Positions 21,553-31,453 of a stretch of DNA of 64,000 nucleotides are shown here, piece by piece. Numbering within the stretch: the stretch's first letter is position 1; each line of letters opens with the position of its first letter. The notes below the pieces were generated by a model. The model did no database searches and was not told where the DNA came from. It was given only the letters and a program-made list of their open reading frames with translations. Made by a program: the position numbers and the translations under genes. Origin of the DNA: Rebecca billardiae RCC1528 (lineage: Eukaryota; Protista; Haptophyta); assembly GCA_965240325.2 (NCBI GenBank), contig OZ251239.1, forward strand, positions 1,426,001-1,490,000, written 5' to 3'.

Positions 21553-21693
21553 GCTGATTCCTCCAGGGACGGGTTCGGAATGTGAGGGGAACGTGGTTTT
21601 CGCCAGCGCGCGATGGCGGCCTCGCCTCGGTAGATAGCCAGCAGATCTTCTAGTAGTAGCACGGCATACACTACGTGGCTGACGCGCGCGAGG

Positions 21694-23217
21694 ATGCCCA
21701 GCAAGTGCGGCCGAGCTGGCTGTGACGTGTATGCTACATTTGGCAAGCTGGGGGCCGCGCGTGCCAGCCGCTGCGCCGCGCACAAGCTGGCCGGAATGGT
21801 CGACGTGGTCCACCGCAGGTGCGAGCATGCCGGCTGTGACAAGCAGCCGCACTTTGGCATGCCGGGCGACACACGTGCCAGCCGCTGCGCCACGCACAAG
21901 CTGGCCGGCATGGTGGACGTGAAGAGCCCCAGGTGCGAGCATTCCGGCTGTGACAAGCGGTCGTGCTATGGCATGCCGGGTGACAAAAATGCCAGCCGCT
22001 GCGCCACGCACAAGCTGGCCGGCATGGTGGACGTGGTCAGCCGCAGGTGCGAGCATGCCGGCTGTGACAAGCATCCGTCCTTTGGCAAGCCGGGCGACAC
22101 ACGTGCCAGCCGCTGCGGCACGCACAAGCTGGCCGGCATGGTGGACGTGGTCAGCCGCAGGTGCGAACATGCCGGCTGTGACAAGCATCCGTCCTTTGGC
22201 AAGCCGGGCGACACACGTGCCAGCCGCTGCGCCGTGCACAAGCTGGCCGGCATGGTCGACGTGAAGAACCGCAGGTGCGAGCATGCCGGCTGTGACAAGC
22301 AGCCGTCCTTTTGCATGCCGGGCGACGCACGCCCCAGCCGCTGCGCCGTGCACAAGCTGGCCGGCATGGTGGACGTGGTCAACCGCAGGTGCGAGCATGC
22401 CGGCTGTGACAAGCAGCCGTCCTTTGCCATGCCGGGCGACAAACGTCTCAGTCGCTGCGCCACGCACAAGCTGGGTGGCATGATCGGCATGCGCGCCTGG
22501 CGCGAGCGCAAGCGGGCTGCAGCCCCTGAGCCTCAGCAGGGCGGCAGCGCAAAGCGCAGGCGCGTGCAGAGCAACGGTGGCAGTCCGGCTGCAGCAGCTG
22601 CCGCTGCCACTGGCTCGCAGCCACACCCACAGCCACCGAGGGCCACGGCTCGCGCGGAGGCTCGCCCTCCGCGACGCCCTGACGTCGCGAGCGGCAGCGG
22701 CCTGCGCAGCCGCCGCGATGGGCTGGGCAAGCGCGCGGGGCCGAGCAGGGCGCATGCAGCGCACACACAGCCAGCCCTGCGCACTGCTCCGCCTGCTGAC
22801 GGGCCAGGCGGTGGGGGTGGCGGTGAGCATGCGGCAGACGCTCCGCTGCTCGGCCGGCTGGTCGAGCCCGCCGTGGCCACGCGGCACGCCGACGCTGCCG
22901 CCGAGCTCGCTGCTGTGCGCGCCGCCACCGAGCGCATGCGCGCCGAGCTCGTGCGCGCGCGCATGCGGCTGCGTCTCGCCGAGCAGGCGGCCGACCCGTC
23001 GCACCTGCGCGTGCTGCGCTTGGTCATGGCGGGCGAGGCCGAGACCACTGGTGCACCACCGGCCTGCGGCGCGCGCGGGGACCCCACGCCACGAGATGAG
23101 TCTGCTGAGGATGAGCGCCAGGCCACGCTGCGGTACCTGCGCGAGCTCGAGGCGCGGGTGCGCGATGAGCAGCCAGCAAGCTGCCCAAGCAGCGACGTCG
23201 CGACGTCAATTGAGTGA
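21694..23217 (+). CDS. EsV-1-7 cysteine-rich repeat protein (7 repeats), basic NLS-like segment, helical C-terminus
   Basis: 38-aa repeats CEHAGCDKxPxFGMPGDTRASRCATHKLAGMVDVxxRR, then RERKR...AKRRR. Possible 17-nt upstream exon at 21613-21629. Confidence 0.85.
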   Translation: MPSKCGRAGCDVYATFGKLGAARASRCAAHKLAGMVDVVHRRCEHAGCDKQPHFGMPGDTRASRCATHKLAGMVDVKSPRCEHSGCDKRSCYGMPGDKNASRCATHKLAGMVDVVSRRCEHAGCDKHPSFGKPGDTRASRCGTHKLAGMVDVVSRRCEHAGCDKHPSFGKPGDTRASRCAVHKLAGMVDVKNRRCEHAGCDKQPSFCMPGDARPSRCAVHKLAGMVDVVNRRCEHAGCDKQPSFAMPGDKRLSRCATHKLGGMIGMRAWRERKRAAAPEPQQGGSAKRRRVQSNGGSPAAAAAAATGSQPHPQPPRATARAEARPPRRPDVASGSGLRSRRDGLGKRAGPSRAHAAHTQPALRTAPPADGPGGGGGGEHAADAPLLGRLVEPAVATRHADAAAELAAVRAATERMRAELVRARMRLRLAEQAADPSHLRVLRLVMAGEAETTGAPPACGARGDPTPRDESAEDERQATLRYLRELEARVRDEQPASCPSSDVATSIE

Positions 23218-23676
23218 CTGATGATGTGATGACGACTCTGATGATCAGGATATATATTAAAAATAGATATATATATAATTATATATATACATCATCACAC
23301 ATATATATATGCCTGACAGTGACAAATGCGCATGCTGATGACGCCTATAAGTATATATATATATATGTTGCTGTAGTCGATCCAGTCGTCGTAGTCGTAG
23401 TCCCGACGAGTCCGACGCGCCGCCGACGGCCGCCCGATCAACCCGGGCACGGGCTGATGATACGAGCACAACCGCGGCGTCAGCAGCACGCAAGACTTGC
23501 GACGAGGCCGCACGAGCCCGATGGCCGCTGAGGAGGACGGCCGATGACGCGAGTAGCGAGACCCGCCGAGTGAGACTGCGGCGCCGTAGGAGAGCACCCC
23601 GCCACTTGGGCTGCCGCGAGCTGCCACGGCCGACGGGCGCGCCGGCCGGCCGCGCACACCGACCCAGCGCGACGGG

Positions 23677-24975
23677 CTAGCCCAGCGCGACGTCGAGCAC
23701 CATCATCGTGACGAAGCCGAGCATCAGCCCCTGCGTCGCGAGCGCGCGGTTGCCGTGCGAGTGCATCTCCGGGATGAGCGAGTCGGCGACCACGTAGATC
23801 ATCGCGCCCGCGGCGAGCGCCATGCTGAAGGGCAGCAGCGGCCGGCAGTGCGTGACGAAGAGCGCGCCGAGGAGGCCGGCGATGGGCTCGACCACGCCGG
23901 AGAGCTGGCCGTACGCGAACGCCGTCCGGTACGGCACGCCCTCGCGCAGCAGCGGCAGCGCCACCGCCATCCCCTCCGGGAAGTTCTGCAGGCCGATGCC
24001 GAGCGCGAGCGAGATGGCACCTCCCAGCCCGGCGGCGGAGGCGGGGCCGTCCTTGGCGCCGGTGCGGGAGAGCGCGCCGAAGGCCACGCCGACGGCGAGC
24101 CCCTCGGGCGCGTTGTGCGCGGTGATCGCGATGATCAGCTGCAGCATCCGCCGCACGCGCGAGCGCGCGCGCGCCACCTTCTCCTCGCTCGCGGCGCTCG
24201 GCGGCGCGGGCGCGGCCGCCATCGCCGCCGGCAGCGACACGCCGCCGCGGCCGGCCGGCCGGGGCGGGGCGAGCTGCGCGGGCGGCTCGGGCGCGCCGTC
24301 GGGCTTCGCAAGTGCCGCCTTGTACAGGTCGAGCCCGTGCAGCGCCGCGCCGTACCGCTCGAGCAGCCAGTCGGACGCGTGCAGCAGCGCGCCGCCCGCC
24401 AGGAAGCCGACGCTGACCGGCACGAACGCGAGCGCGCCGTACCCGTCCTCCTCGGCGTACGCGAGGGCGGGCGCGAGGAGCGACCAGTACGACGCGGCGA
24501 TCATTACGCCGGCCGCCACGCCGAGCAGCATGTCGAGCACCTGCTGGATCGAGCGCTCGAGCAGCGGGTGCTGCACGACGACGACCGAGGCCGCGCCGAG
24601 CGCCGTCATGAACCACCCAAACGACGTGCCCGCGACCGCGCCGAGGACGGGCCGCTCGGCGACGAGGGCTCGCACCTGGCTGAACATGTTGCTCTCGCAT
24701 GCGCCACCGCCCACCTCGAGCCCCGTGCACTCGCCCAGGCCGCCCGCCTTGTGCAGCGTCGTGCGCACGTCGACGCGCTCGGCGCATGCAAACGAGCTCA
24801 TGCTCACAAACGCGATGAGGACCGACTTGACGGGCAGGCTCCGACGGCCGAGCATCGCCGAGACAATCGCCGCGAGCGCCCTGGACGCCAGCTGCATCCC
24901 GACCTCGCTCGCCGCGCCGATGCCCGCCGCGCCTATCAGCGCGAGCGCGAGCAGCACGGGGATGCCGCCCCGCAT
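23677..24975 (-). CDS. ZIP-family metal transporter, ZIP11/GufA-like
   Basis: HNAPEGLAVGVAFG and GIGLQNFPEGMAVALPL signature helices; AAGAMIYVVADSLIPE; multiple transmembrane segments. ATG at 24975; 5' exon structure uncertain. Confidence 0.9.
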   Translation of the reverse strand: MRGGIPVLLALALIGAAGIGAASEVGMQLASRALAAIVSAMLGRRSLPVKSVLIAFVSMSSFACAERVDVRTTLHKAGGLGECTGLEVGGGACESNMFSQVRALVAERPVLGAVAGTSFGWFMTALGAASVVVVQHPLLERSIQQVLDMLLGVAAGVMIAASYWSLLAPALAYAEEDGYGALAFVPVSVGFLAGGALLHASDWLLERYGAALHGLDLYKAALAKPDGAPEPPAQLAPPRPAGRGGVSLPAAMAAAPAPPSAASEEKVARARSRVRRMLQLIIAITAHNAPEGLAVGVAFGALSRTGAKDGPASAAGLGGAISLALGIGLQNFPEGMAVALPLLREGVPYRTAFAYGQLSGVVEPIAGLLGALFVTHCRPLLPFSMALAAGAMIYVVADSLIPEMHSHGNRALATQGLMLGFVTMMVLDVALG

Positions 24976-25095
24976 TTTCGCTGGCGAACCTTCCGGTCCG
25001 GGTGAATCAGCCTCCGGACGCGAGATCGGCGTCCTACGCCGCCACCGAGACCGCTCTCTCGCTCGCGGACGGTACCGCGCAGAACGCGAGGCCCA

Positions 25096-25436
25096 ATGGG
25101 CGGACGCCGCGATGCGAGCGCAGCGAACGCGAAGCCGCCGAAGCAAATGAAGGAGCCGCCCATGAACAACTACCGCAAGAAGCTCGGCACCAGCGAGAAG
25201 CACCGGGTGCGCGCGCGTGCGCGGGGGCTGAGGGCCAGGCCGCGTGCGCTCACAGCCGCCCACGTCCCCACGTCCGGCGCCCCGTGCAGACGCACCAAGA
25301 GTCGAAGGAGCGCACGCTCGACGTGGCCAAGGACCAGCGCGTCCAGGGCGCGCAGCGCGGCTTCGTCCTCGGCAGCCTGGCCGCGATCGTGATGGCGCTG
25401 CTGCTCTGCCTGCTGGTGAACTGGCTGCTGCTCTGA
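25096..25436 (+). CDS. Small tail-anchored membrane protein, TRIQK-like; exons 25096-25206 and 25290-25436
   Basis: Spliced product MGGRRDAS...PMNNYRKKLG...GFVLGSLAAIVMALLLCLLVNWLLL (85 aa) via a phase-0 GTGCG...GCAG intron. Resembles the TRIQK layout (MGRKDA...P..YRK.IG plus a C-terminal transmembrane segment), from memory. Confidence 0.55.
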
Positions 25437-26755
25437 GGCGGCTGCTGCTCTGAGGCGGCCCCGCGACCCGCAGCGGCGCGCGCGTAAGCGCGAGCTGCGC
25501 TGGTCAGGAGTGGGCAGCGCGTCTGGCTTGGAGCAGGCACGGCGTGGGCGTCCGGGCTGTTGCTGCTCAAGTGCGCACCACTCCAGAGCGCGCGCGCGCG
25601 GCCAGTAAACGGCCCCCCGCTGACACTAACAAGGGCGCTTTGCTTGGCGCTGCCCGTGCCTTCAACCCCGGCAGTCGCCTGCAGCGAGGCAACGTCCGAC
25701 GCCCGCCGTAGACGCGCTGGTGGCCTTCGCTGCGCTGCGGCGGGTGTCCGGTCCGGCGAATCAGCACGTGAGAGCCTGCGCCCGTCCGCGCGGACTGTGC
25801 CCGGCGACCGTAATCAGGGCCCGCCGTCAGACATGACGCGCCTGTGGCTGCTGTACCCTTTTAGCCTTTTATAAAATACGCGACTATAGAATTAGTATAT
25901 AGCGTACGCAGTCGCGTCGTCATCATGCACCATGCCTCACTCATGGCGCGTCGTCGCATGATATATGCGGCGGCGCGCCGCTGAGCGACTCAGCCTGACG
26001 GCGACTCAGTCACTGAGGCCCCGCCGACTCGGGGCACTCGGGCACTCGGGCTGCCCGCGGGCGATTATAACATCGATCTGTCTGATGATCGAACTTCGAG
26101 TAGCCTGCTGACATTGCACTACTTTGAGCGACCCGCGCGGCCCCTGGCCTGACGATGGATAGCAGACTGCTGCTACTACTCCCGGCCTGGCTGCTCGTAC
26201 CGCCTCCGGACAAGATGCATGAATTCGATATAGATCGATGAATAATTATAATATATGGCGGGCCGTATAATAATCGTGATGCGCGCGCACGCATATCTGA
26301 AATTAACCGCGTGCTATTATAATAGCTATAGACTTGACGACATTTATATATATATATATTATTAGAATTCGTCAGAAGTTCGGCTCACGACAGTCAGAGT
26401 CGGACTAACGAGGCCAGCCGCCGATATTGTTTCCGGACTTTCGGGGAGCTAGTTGGCGACCGCCAGCATAAAGTGATGCGCCGCCATCGTGATTGTTCGA
26501 CTGATGATTCGCGCTCGCGGGTCAGTTGCCTACTCCGTTTGGTACCGTCATACGCGGGGCCCCGTCCGGCGTCCCCGGCGTCCCGCCTCCGGGCGGCCCG
26601 CATATCGATCAATAAATGACGAGCCGATATATGCAGAGCTAGTGGCTAGTGCCGTCGTCGGGACACGTACTCCGCCGACCGCGGCCGGACTCTCGGAACT
26701 CACTACTCGATCGGCGTCAGTCTGCAGCCGCCAGCAGGGCGTCGACGAGTTACGA

Positions 26756-28531
26756 TCATCTCCGCGGCGGCGGAGCGGACAGACGAGCGGTGACGAGCTG
26801 TGCACGTGTGCTCTCAAGCTGGGCACGTGTACTCTCCAGCTGGGCGCGTATGCGCTCGAGCTGTGCACGTGTGCTCTCAAGCTGATGGGCACTTGCGCTC
26901 TCAAGCTCGGTATGTGTTGAGCTCTCGAGCTGGGCACGTGTACTCTCAAGCTGGGCGCGTGTGCCTTCAAGCTGGGCACGTGAGCTCTCAAGCTGGGCAC
27001 GTGAGCTCTCAAGCTCGGTACGCAAACTCGCAAGCTCTGCACACGTGCACTCGAGCTCGGCACGTGCGCTCTCGAGCTCGGCGCGTGTGCCTTCGAGCTC
27101 GGCGCGTGTGCGCTCGAGCTGGGCACGCGTGCCCTCCAGCTGGGCACGTGTGCTTTCGAGCTGGGCACGTGTGCGTTTGGCGGCGGCGTGCTCGTCAGCG
27201 AGCTCGGAGGCAGCATGGGAGTGCACTGTATCGGCGGCCTGCTCGAGCAGCCCACCGAGCAGCGGGGCGTCTGCCGTGTGCTCACCGCCACCACTGCCGC
27301 CTGGGCCGTCAGCAGGCGGGACGGCGAGCAAGGCTGGCTGTGTGCACGTAGCGTGCGTCCTGCTCGGCCCCGCGCGCTTGCCCGGCCAGTCCCCTCTGCT
27401 GCGCGGGCCGCTGCAGCTCACGACATCAGGGCGACGCGGAGGGCGAGCCTCCGCGCGAGCGGTGGCCACGCGCTGCTGTGGATGCGGCTGCAAAGCGGCA
27501 GCAGCGGGGGCTGCGGTTGGGCGGCCGCCGTTGTGCTGCATGCGCCTGCGCTTTGCGCTGCCGCCCTGCTGAGGCCCAGGGGCTGCAGCCCGCTTGCGCT
27601 CGCGCCAGGCGCGCACGCTGATCATGCCGGCCAGCTTGTGCGTGGCGCAGCGGCTGGCACGTGTGTCGCCCGGCATGCCGAAGGATGGCACCTTGTCACA
27701 GCCTGCATGCTCGCACCTGCGGTTGTGCACGTCCACCATGCCGGCCAGCTTGTGCGTGGCGCAGCGGCTGGCACGTGTGTCACCCGGCATGCCGAAGTGC
27801 GGCTGCTTGTCACAGCCGGCATGCTCGCACCTGCGGCTGACCACGTTGACCATGCCGGCCAGCTTGTGCGTGGTGCAGCGGCTGGCACGTGTGTCGCCCG
27901 GCATGCCATAGGACGGCCCCTTGTCACAGCCGGCATGCTCGCACCTTCGGCTCTTCACGTCCACCATGCCGGCCAGCTTGTGCGTGGCGCAGCGGCTGGC
28001 ACGTGTGTCGCCAGGCATGCCGAAGTGCGGCTGCTTGTCACAACCGGCATGCTCGCACCTGCGGTGCTGCACGTCCACCATGCCGGCCAGCTTGTGTGTG
28101 GCGCAGCGGCTGGGGCGTGTGTCGCCCGGCATGCCGAAGGATGGCTGCTTGTCACAGCCTGCAAGCTCGCACCTGCGGTTGACCACGTGCAAATTCACCA
28201 TGCTGGCCAGCTTGTGCGTGACGCAGCGGCTGGCACGTGTGTCGCCATGCATGCCGAAGTGCGGCCGCTTGTCACAGCCGGCATGCTCGCACCTGCGGCT
28301 CTTCACATCGACCATGCCGGCCAGCTTGTGCGTGGCGCAGCGGCTGGCACGTGCGTCGCCCGGCATGCCAAAGGACGGCACCTTGTCACAGCCAGCATGC
28401 TCGCACCTGCGGCTCTTCACATCGACCATGCCGGCCAGCTTGTGCGTGGCGCAGCGGCTGGCACGTGTGTCGCCCGGCATGCCAAATGTAGCATACACGC
28501 CACAGCCAGCTCGGCCGCACATGCTGGGCAT
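26756..28531 (-). CDS. EsV-1-7 repeat protein (8 repeats) with C-terminal TRAQLES heptad coiled coil, array copy 1
   Basis: ATG 28531 (MPSMCGRAGC). The ORF-track extension to 29593 is antisense to the oxygenase gene. Confidence 0.85.
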   Translation of the reverse strand: MPSMCGRAGCGVYATFGMPGDTRASRCATHKLAGMVDVKSRRCEHAGCDKVPSFGMPGDARASRCATHKLAGMVDVKSRRCEHAGCDKRPHFGMHGDTRASRCVTHKLASMVNLHVVNRRCELAGCDKQPSFGMPGDTRPSRCATHKLAGMVDVQHRRCEHAGCDKQPHFGMPGDTRASRCATHKLAGMVDVKSRRCEHAGCDKGPSYGMPGDTRASRCTTHKLAGMVNVVSRRCEHAGCDKQPHFGMPGDTRASRCATHKLAGMVDVHNRRCEHAGCDKVPSFGMPGDTRASRCATHKLAGMISVRAWRERKRAAAPGPQQGGSAKRRRMQHNGGRPTAAPAAAALQPHPQQRVATARAEARPPRRPDVVSCSGPRSRGDWPGKRAGPSRTHATCTQPALLAVPPADGPGGSGGGEHTADAPLLGGLLEQAADTVHSHAASELADEHAAAKRTRAQLESTRAQLEGTRAQLERTRAELEGTRAELESARAELECTCAELASLRTELESSRAQLESSRAQLEGTRAQLESTRAQLESSTHTELESASAHQLESTRAQLERIRAQLESTRAQLESTRAQLVTARLSAPPPRR

Positions 28532-28661
28532 CCTCGCGCGCGTCAGCCACTTAGCGTGTGCCGTGCTACTCGAAAGGGCAGTGAAGACCTGCCTAGCAGC
28601 TCGAGGGCGAGGCCGCCATCGTGCGGCCGTGGCGGCGCACAGAATGATCAAGACGAGCATC

Positions 28662-31145
28662 ATGGCGGATGAGTTTGACCAGCCCTCCTCCGACGATGAC
28701 GACACGGAGGACGCGCTGGGCTGGCTTGAGGCGCCCGCCCTCGGCGAGAGCAGCAGTAGCGACGAGGCGGCTTCGGATTCGAGCGAGTCGAGCGACGGCG
28801 GCCTCACCTCGGCCTCGCCGCACGGGTGCACGCTGCGCAACACGGCGCGCGCCGGTCCGCCTGTGCGCGCATGGCATGACGCGGTGCCGTCGGCGCGTGA
28901 GCGCGCGGCGCTCGCTGCCGACGCGCGTCGGCTCGTGGGCCGCACCTTTTGGATCGAGGAGGGCGACGAGCCCGCGTGTGCCGCGGAGCGCCTCGCGTTG
29001 GACGTGCTGCGCTTCCACTCGAAGAGCGCAGGCGCGCCCGACCTGCGCGGCGCCGAGTGGTGGGCGCAGGTGCGCACCTCGGCGGGATCGCCGACGATTG
29101 AGATGCACTGGGACTCGGACGAGGAGCACAAGGCGAGCACGGGCGAGCACCTGCCCCCGTGGCTGGCCACAGTCACGTACCTCGGCTCTGCCGGCGCGCC
29201 AACGCTCGTGCTGCCCGTGGGCGCAGACGCGCACGGCCGCGCGCGCCGACTGCGCGCGGGAGGCGCTGCGTTCGTCTCGCAGCCCGTGGCGGGCAAGCAC
29301 CTGGCGTTTGACGGGCGCCTGCTGCACGGCGCGCTGCACGCGCTCGAGGCGCCCTCCGCGAGCGCGTACGAGCGCATCTCCGTGCTGGTCAACCTGTGGG
29401 CGTGCCACAGGCCGGACGCACACCGGCTGGACGGCGCAGAGGCGCGCGCGCTCGCGGCGCAGAGCGGCTGGGTGGCGCGCGGCACCGCGCCGGGCGAGGC
29501 GGCGCTGGCCGGTGCACGGAGCGCCGCGTGCGTGAGCGCGGACGCCGGGCTGCTCGACGCGAGCGAGTGGCGCACGCTGCGCGTGCGCTTCACGCCCGAG
29601 CGGCGGCTGCTCGCGCGCCACCCCGATTGGCGCGCCCTCGGGATTGGCTTCCCGTTCTCTCACCCGGCCGTGCAGGTGCGGGGCCTCGTGGCGCCGGCGG
29701 GGCGCGCCGTGCCCTCGCTCACGCGCGTGCGCGCCGTGGGCCTTCGGCTGCCGTTCGAGGCGGCGGAGGCGGCGCAGGCGGTCGCGCACGGCGCAGCTTG
29801 CGCGCTGCTGTGCGCCGCGGCGCAGGAGGTGGCCGCGGCCGCGGACTGGCGGGCGCGCCGAGGGCTGCGCGCCGCCGTCGCGCAGCTGCGGCCCTACCTC
29901 GCCGCCGCGCCAAACACCGCGGCGCCCGCGCGCCCAGCTGCCGCCGGCGCGGGCACGGCCGCCAGCGCCGCCCCCGCCGCTGCGCCGCCGGCCGCCACTG
30001 CGCCCTGCGCCGCTGCGGCCGAGCTGCTGCGCGCTGACGACGCGGAGGACGACGCGTGCGCCGCCGACGCGACGGCCACGCTCGCCCTCTTCGGCTGGGG
30101 AGACGGGGGCGAGGGCGGGGGCGAGGACGGGGGCGAGGACGGGGGCGAGGCCCGCGCGGCAGAGGTGGATGACCGCCCGCCCGTGTGCGGCGGCGTGTGG
30201 TCGCGCCCCGCCCTGTGCGGCGAGGCGCCCCTCGTGTACCTGGCGCGCGAGGGGCTCGAGGCGAGCGCGCTCTGCGTGCTCTCCGGCGCGGCCGGCGTCG
30301 AGATCGGCCGCGAGATCGGCCGCCGAGATCGGCTCGAGATCGACCGGGCCGACGTGGACGGCTTCAGCGCGCTGCACTACGCGTGCAACCTCGGGCTGGC
30401 CCGGCTCGCGGCCGCGCTGCTCGAGCGCGGCGCGTGCACGCGCGGCACAACGCGCGACGTGCCCACCCTCTCCGAGCCGCGCGGCCGCACGCCGCTCCAC
30501 CTGGCGGCCGCGGCCGGGCAGGCCGGCATCGCGCGCGCGCTCGTGCGCGCGCGCGCGGACGCGCGCGCGCTCGACGGCCAGGGCGCGAGCCCCGCGCACC
30601 TCGCCTGCCGGCGCGGGCACTGGCGGCTGGCGCAGGCGCTGCTCCGACCCGCGCCGGGCGCGCGGCGCGAGGGCGCGGCGGCGGAGCCGGAGGAGGGCCT
30701 CCCCGAGGGCCTCCCCTCCGAGCAGGAGATGCGCGGCTTTGAGCTCGCGGAGGCGATGTCGGTGCGCGCGCGCGACGAGGCGCGCCGGTGCATCGAGCAC
30801 CGGCCGTTGCTGCACGCGCCCCTCGTCCTCGGCGGGCTGCTCGGCCCGGCGGCGTGCTCGGCGCTCACGGCCGCGGCCGAGCGCTGCGCCGCGCGGCGCG
30901 GCTGGCAGTCCACACGGCACACGCACCACCCGACCGTCGACCTGCCACTGCACGACCTGCCAGCGACGCACTACGCCGGCGCGCGGCGCGGTGCTCGAGC
31001 GCGGCGCGCTGCCGCGGCTGCGCGCGGCGTACGGCACGCGCGCGCTCGCCATCCGCGAGGCGTTCGTCGTCCGAAGTACGAGGCGCCTGATGAGGCCGGG
31101 CAGCAGTCGCATGCACCATGCACAACCTTTCCTGAACCCTCTTGA
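28662..31145 (+). CDS. 2OG-Fe(II) oxygenase/ankyrin protein, C-terminally truncated copy 1 (possible pseudogene)
   Basis: Matches the intact copy up to about 30990, then +1 and +2 indels, and ends before the second HxD motif. Confidence 0.7.
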   Translation: MADEFDQPSSDDDDTEDALGWLEAPALGESSSSDEAASDSSESSDGGLTSASPHGCTLRNTARAGPPVRAWHDAVPSARERAALAADARRLVGRTFWIEEGDEPACAAERLALDVLRFHSKSAGAPDLRGAEWWAQVRTSAGSPTIEMHWDSDEEHKASTGEHLPPWLATVTYLGSAGAPTLVLPVGADAHGRARRLRAGGAAFVSQPVAGKHLAFDGRLLHGALHALEAPSASAYERISVLVNLWACHRPDAHRLDGAEARALAAQSGWVARGTAPGEAALAGARSAACVSADAGLLDASEWRTLRVRFTPERRLLARHPDWRALGIGFPFSHPAVQVRGLVAPAGRAVPSLTRVRAVGLRLPFEAAEAAQAVAHGAACALLCAAAQEVAAAADWRARRGLRAAVAQLRPYLAAAPNTAAPARPAAAGAGTAASAAPAAAPPAATAPCAAAAELLRADDAEDDACAADATATLALFGWGDGGEGGGEDGGEDGGEARAAEVDDRPPVCGGVWSRPALCGEAPLVYLAREGLEASALCVLSGAAGVEIGREIGRRDRLEIDRADVDGFSALHYACNLGLARLAAALLERGACTRGTTRDVPTLSEPRGRTPLHLAAAAGQAGIARALVRARADARALDGQGASPAHLACRRGHWRLAQALLRPAPGARREGAAAEPEEGLPEGLPSEQEMRGFELAEAMSVRARDEARRCIEHRPLLHAPLVLGGLLGPAACSALTAAAERCAARRGWQSTRHTHHPTVDLPLHDLPATHYAGARRGARARRAAAAARGVRHARARHPRGVRRPKYEAPDEAGQQSHAPCTTFPEPS

Positions 31146-31453
31146 CATAGTCGTAGTGGATGATACGTATGCTGTCGACCGTAGTATCATCAAAGCAGCG
31201 CGCTGGCAGGTGATATATGCTGGGCGAATGCGATGAGCATCGATCATCATCAAGGCAGTGATGATGCGACCGTGTCGTATATACTCGTCTGTTATTATTA
31301 CGTACGTACTCACTTAAGTCACTCCGCCAGCCGCCATATCGCGGGCCGCGGTGAGGCCCCGGGGCTGCTGCCGCTGGCCGCAGCAGCTCACTAATGAGTG
31401 ATGCTGAGTAGTCACCGCGCGCCGTGGCGGTCATCATGTACGTATGATGCCCG

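Noticed and set aside
26480-28623. 12-bp match GCCGCCATCGTG at 26480 and 28612 as a target-site duplication for array copy 1
   Set aside because: The second copy lies within the conserved EsV leader and the word is GC-rich, so chance is likely.
27921-29593. Apparent 1.7-kb overlap and fusion of the EsV and oxygenase ORFs (repeated in each array unit)
   Set aside because: The extensions begin at non-ATG codons and are simply each other's antisense strand; plausible starts at 28531 (-) and 28662 (+) do not overlap.
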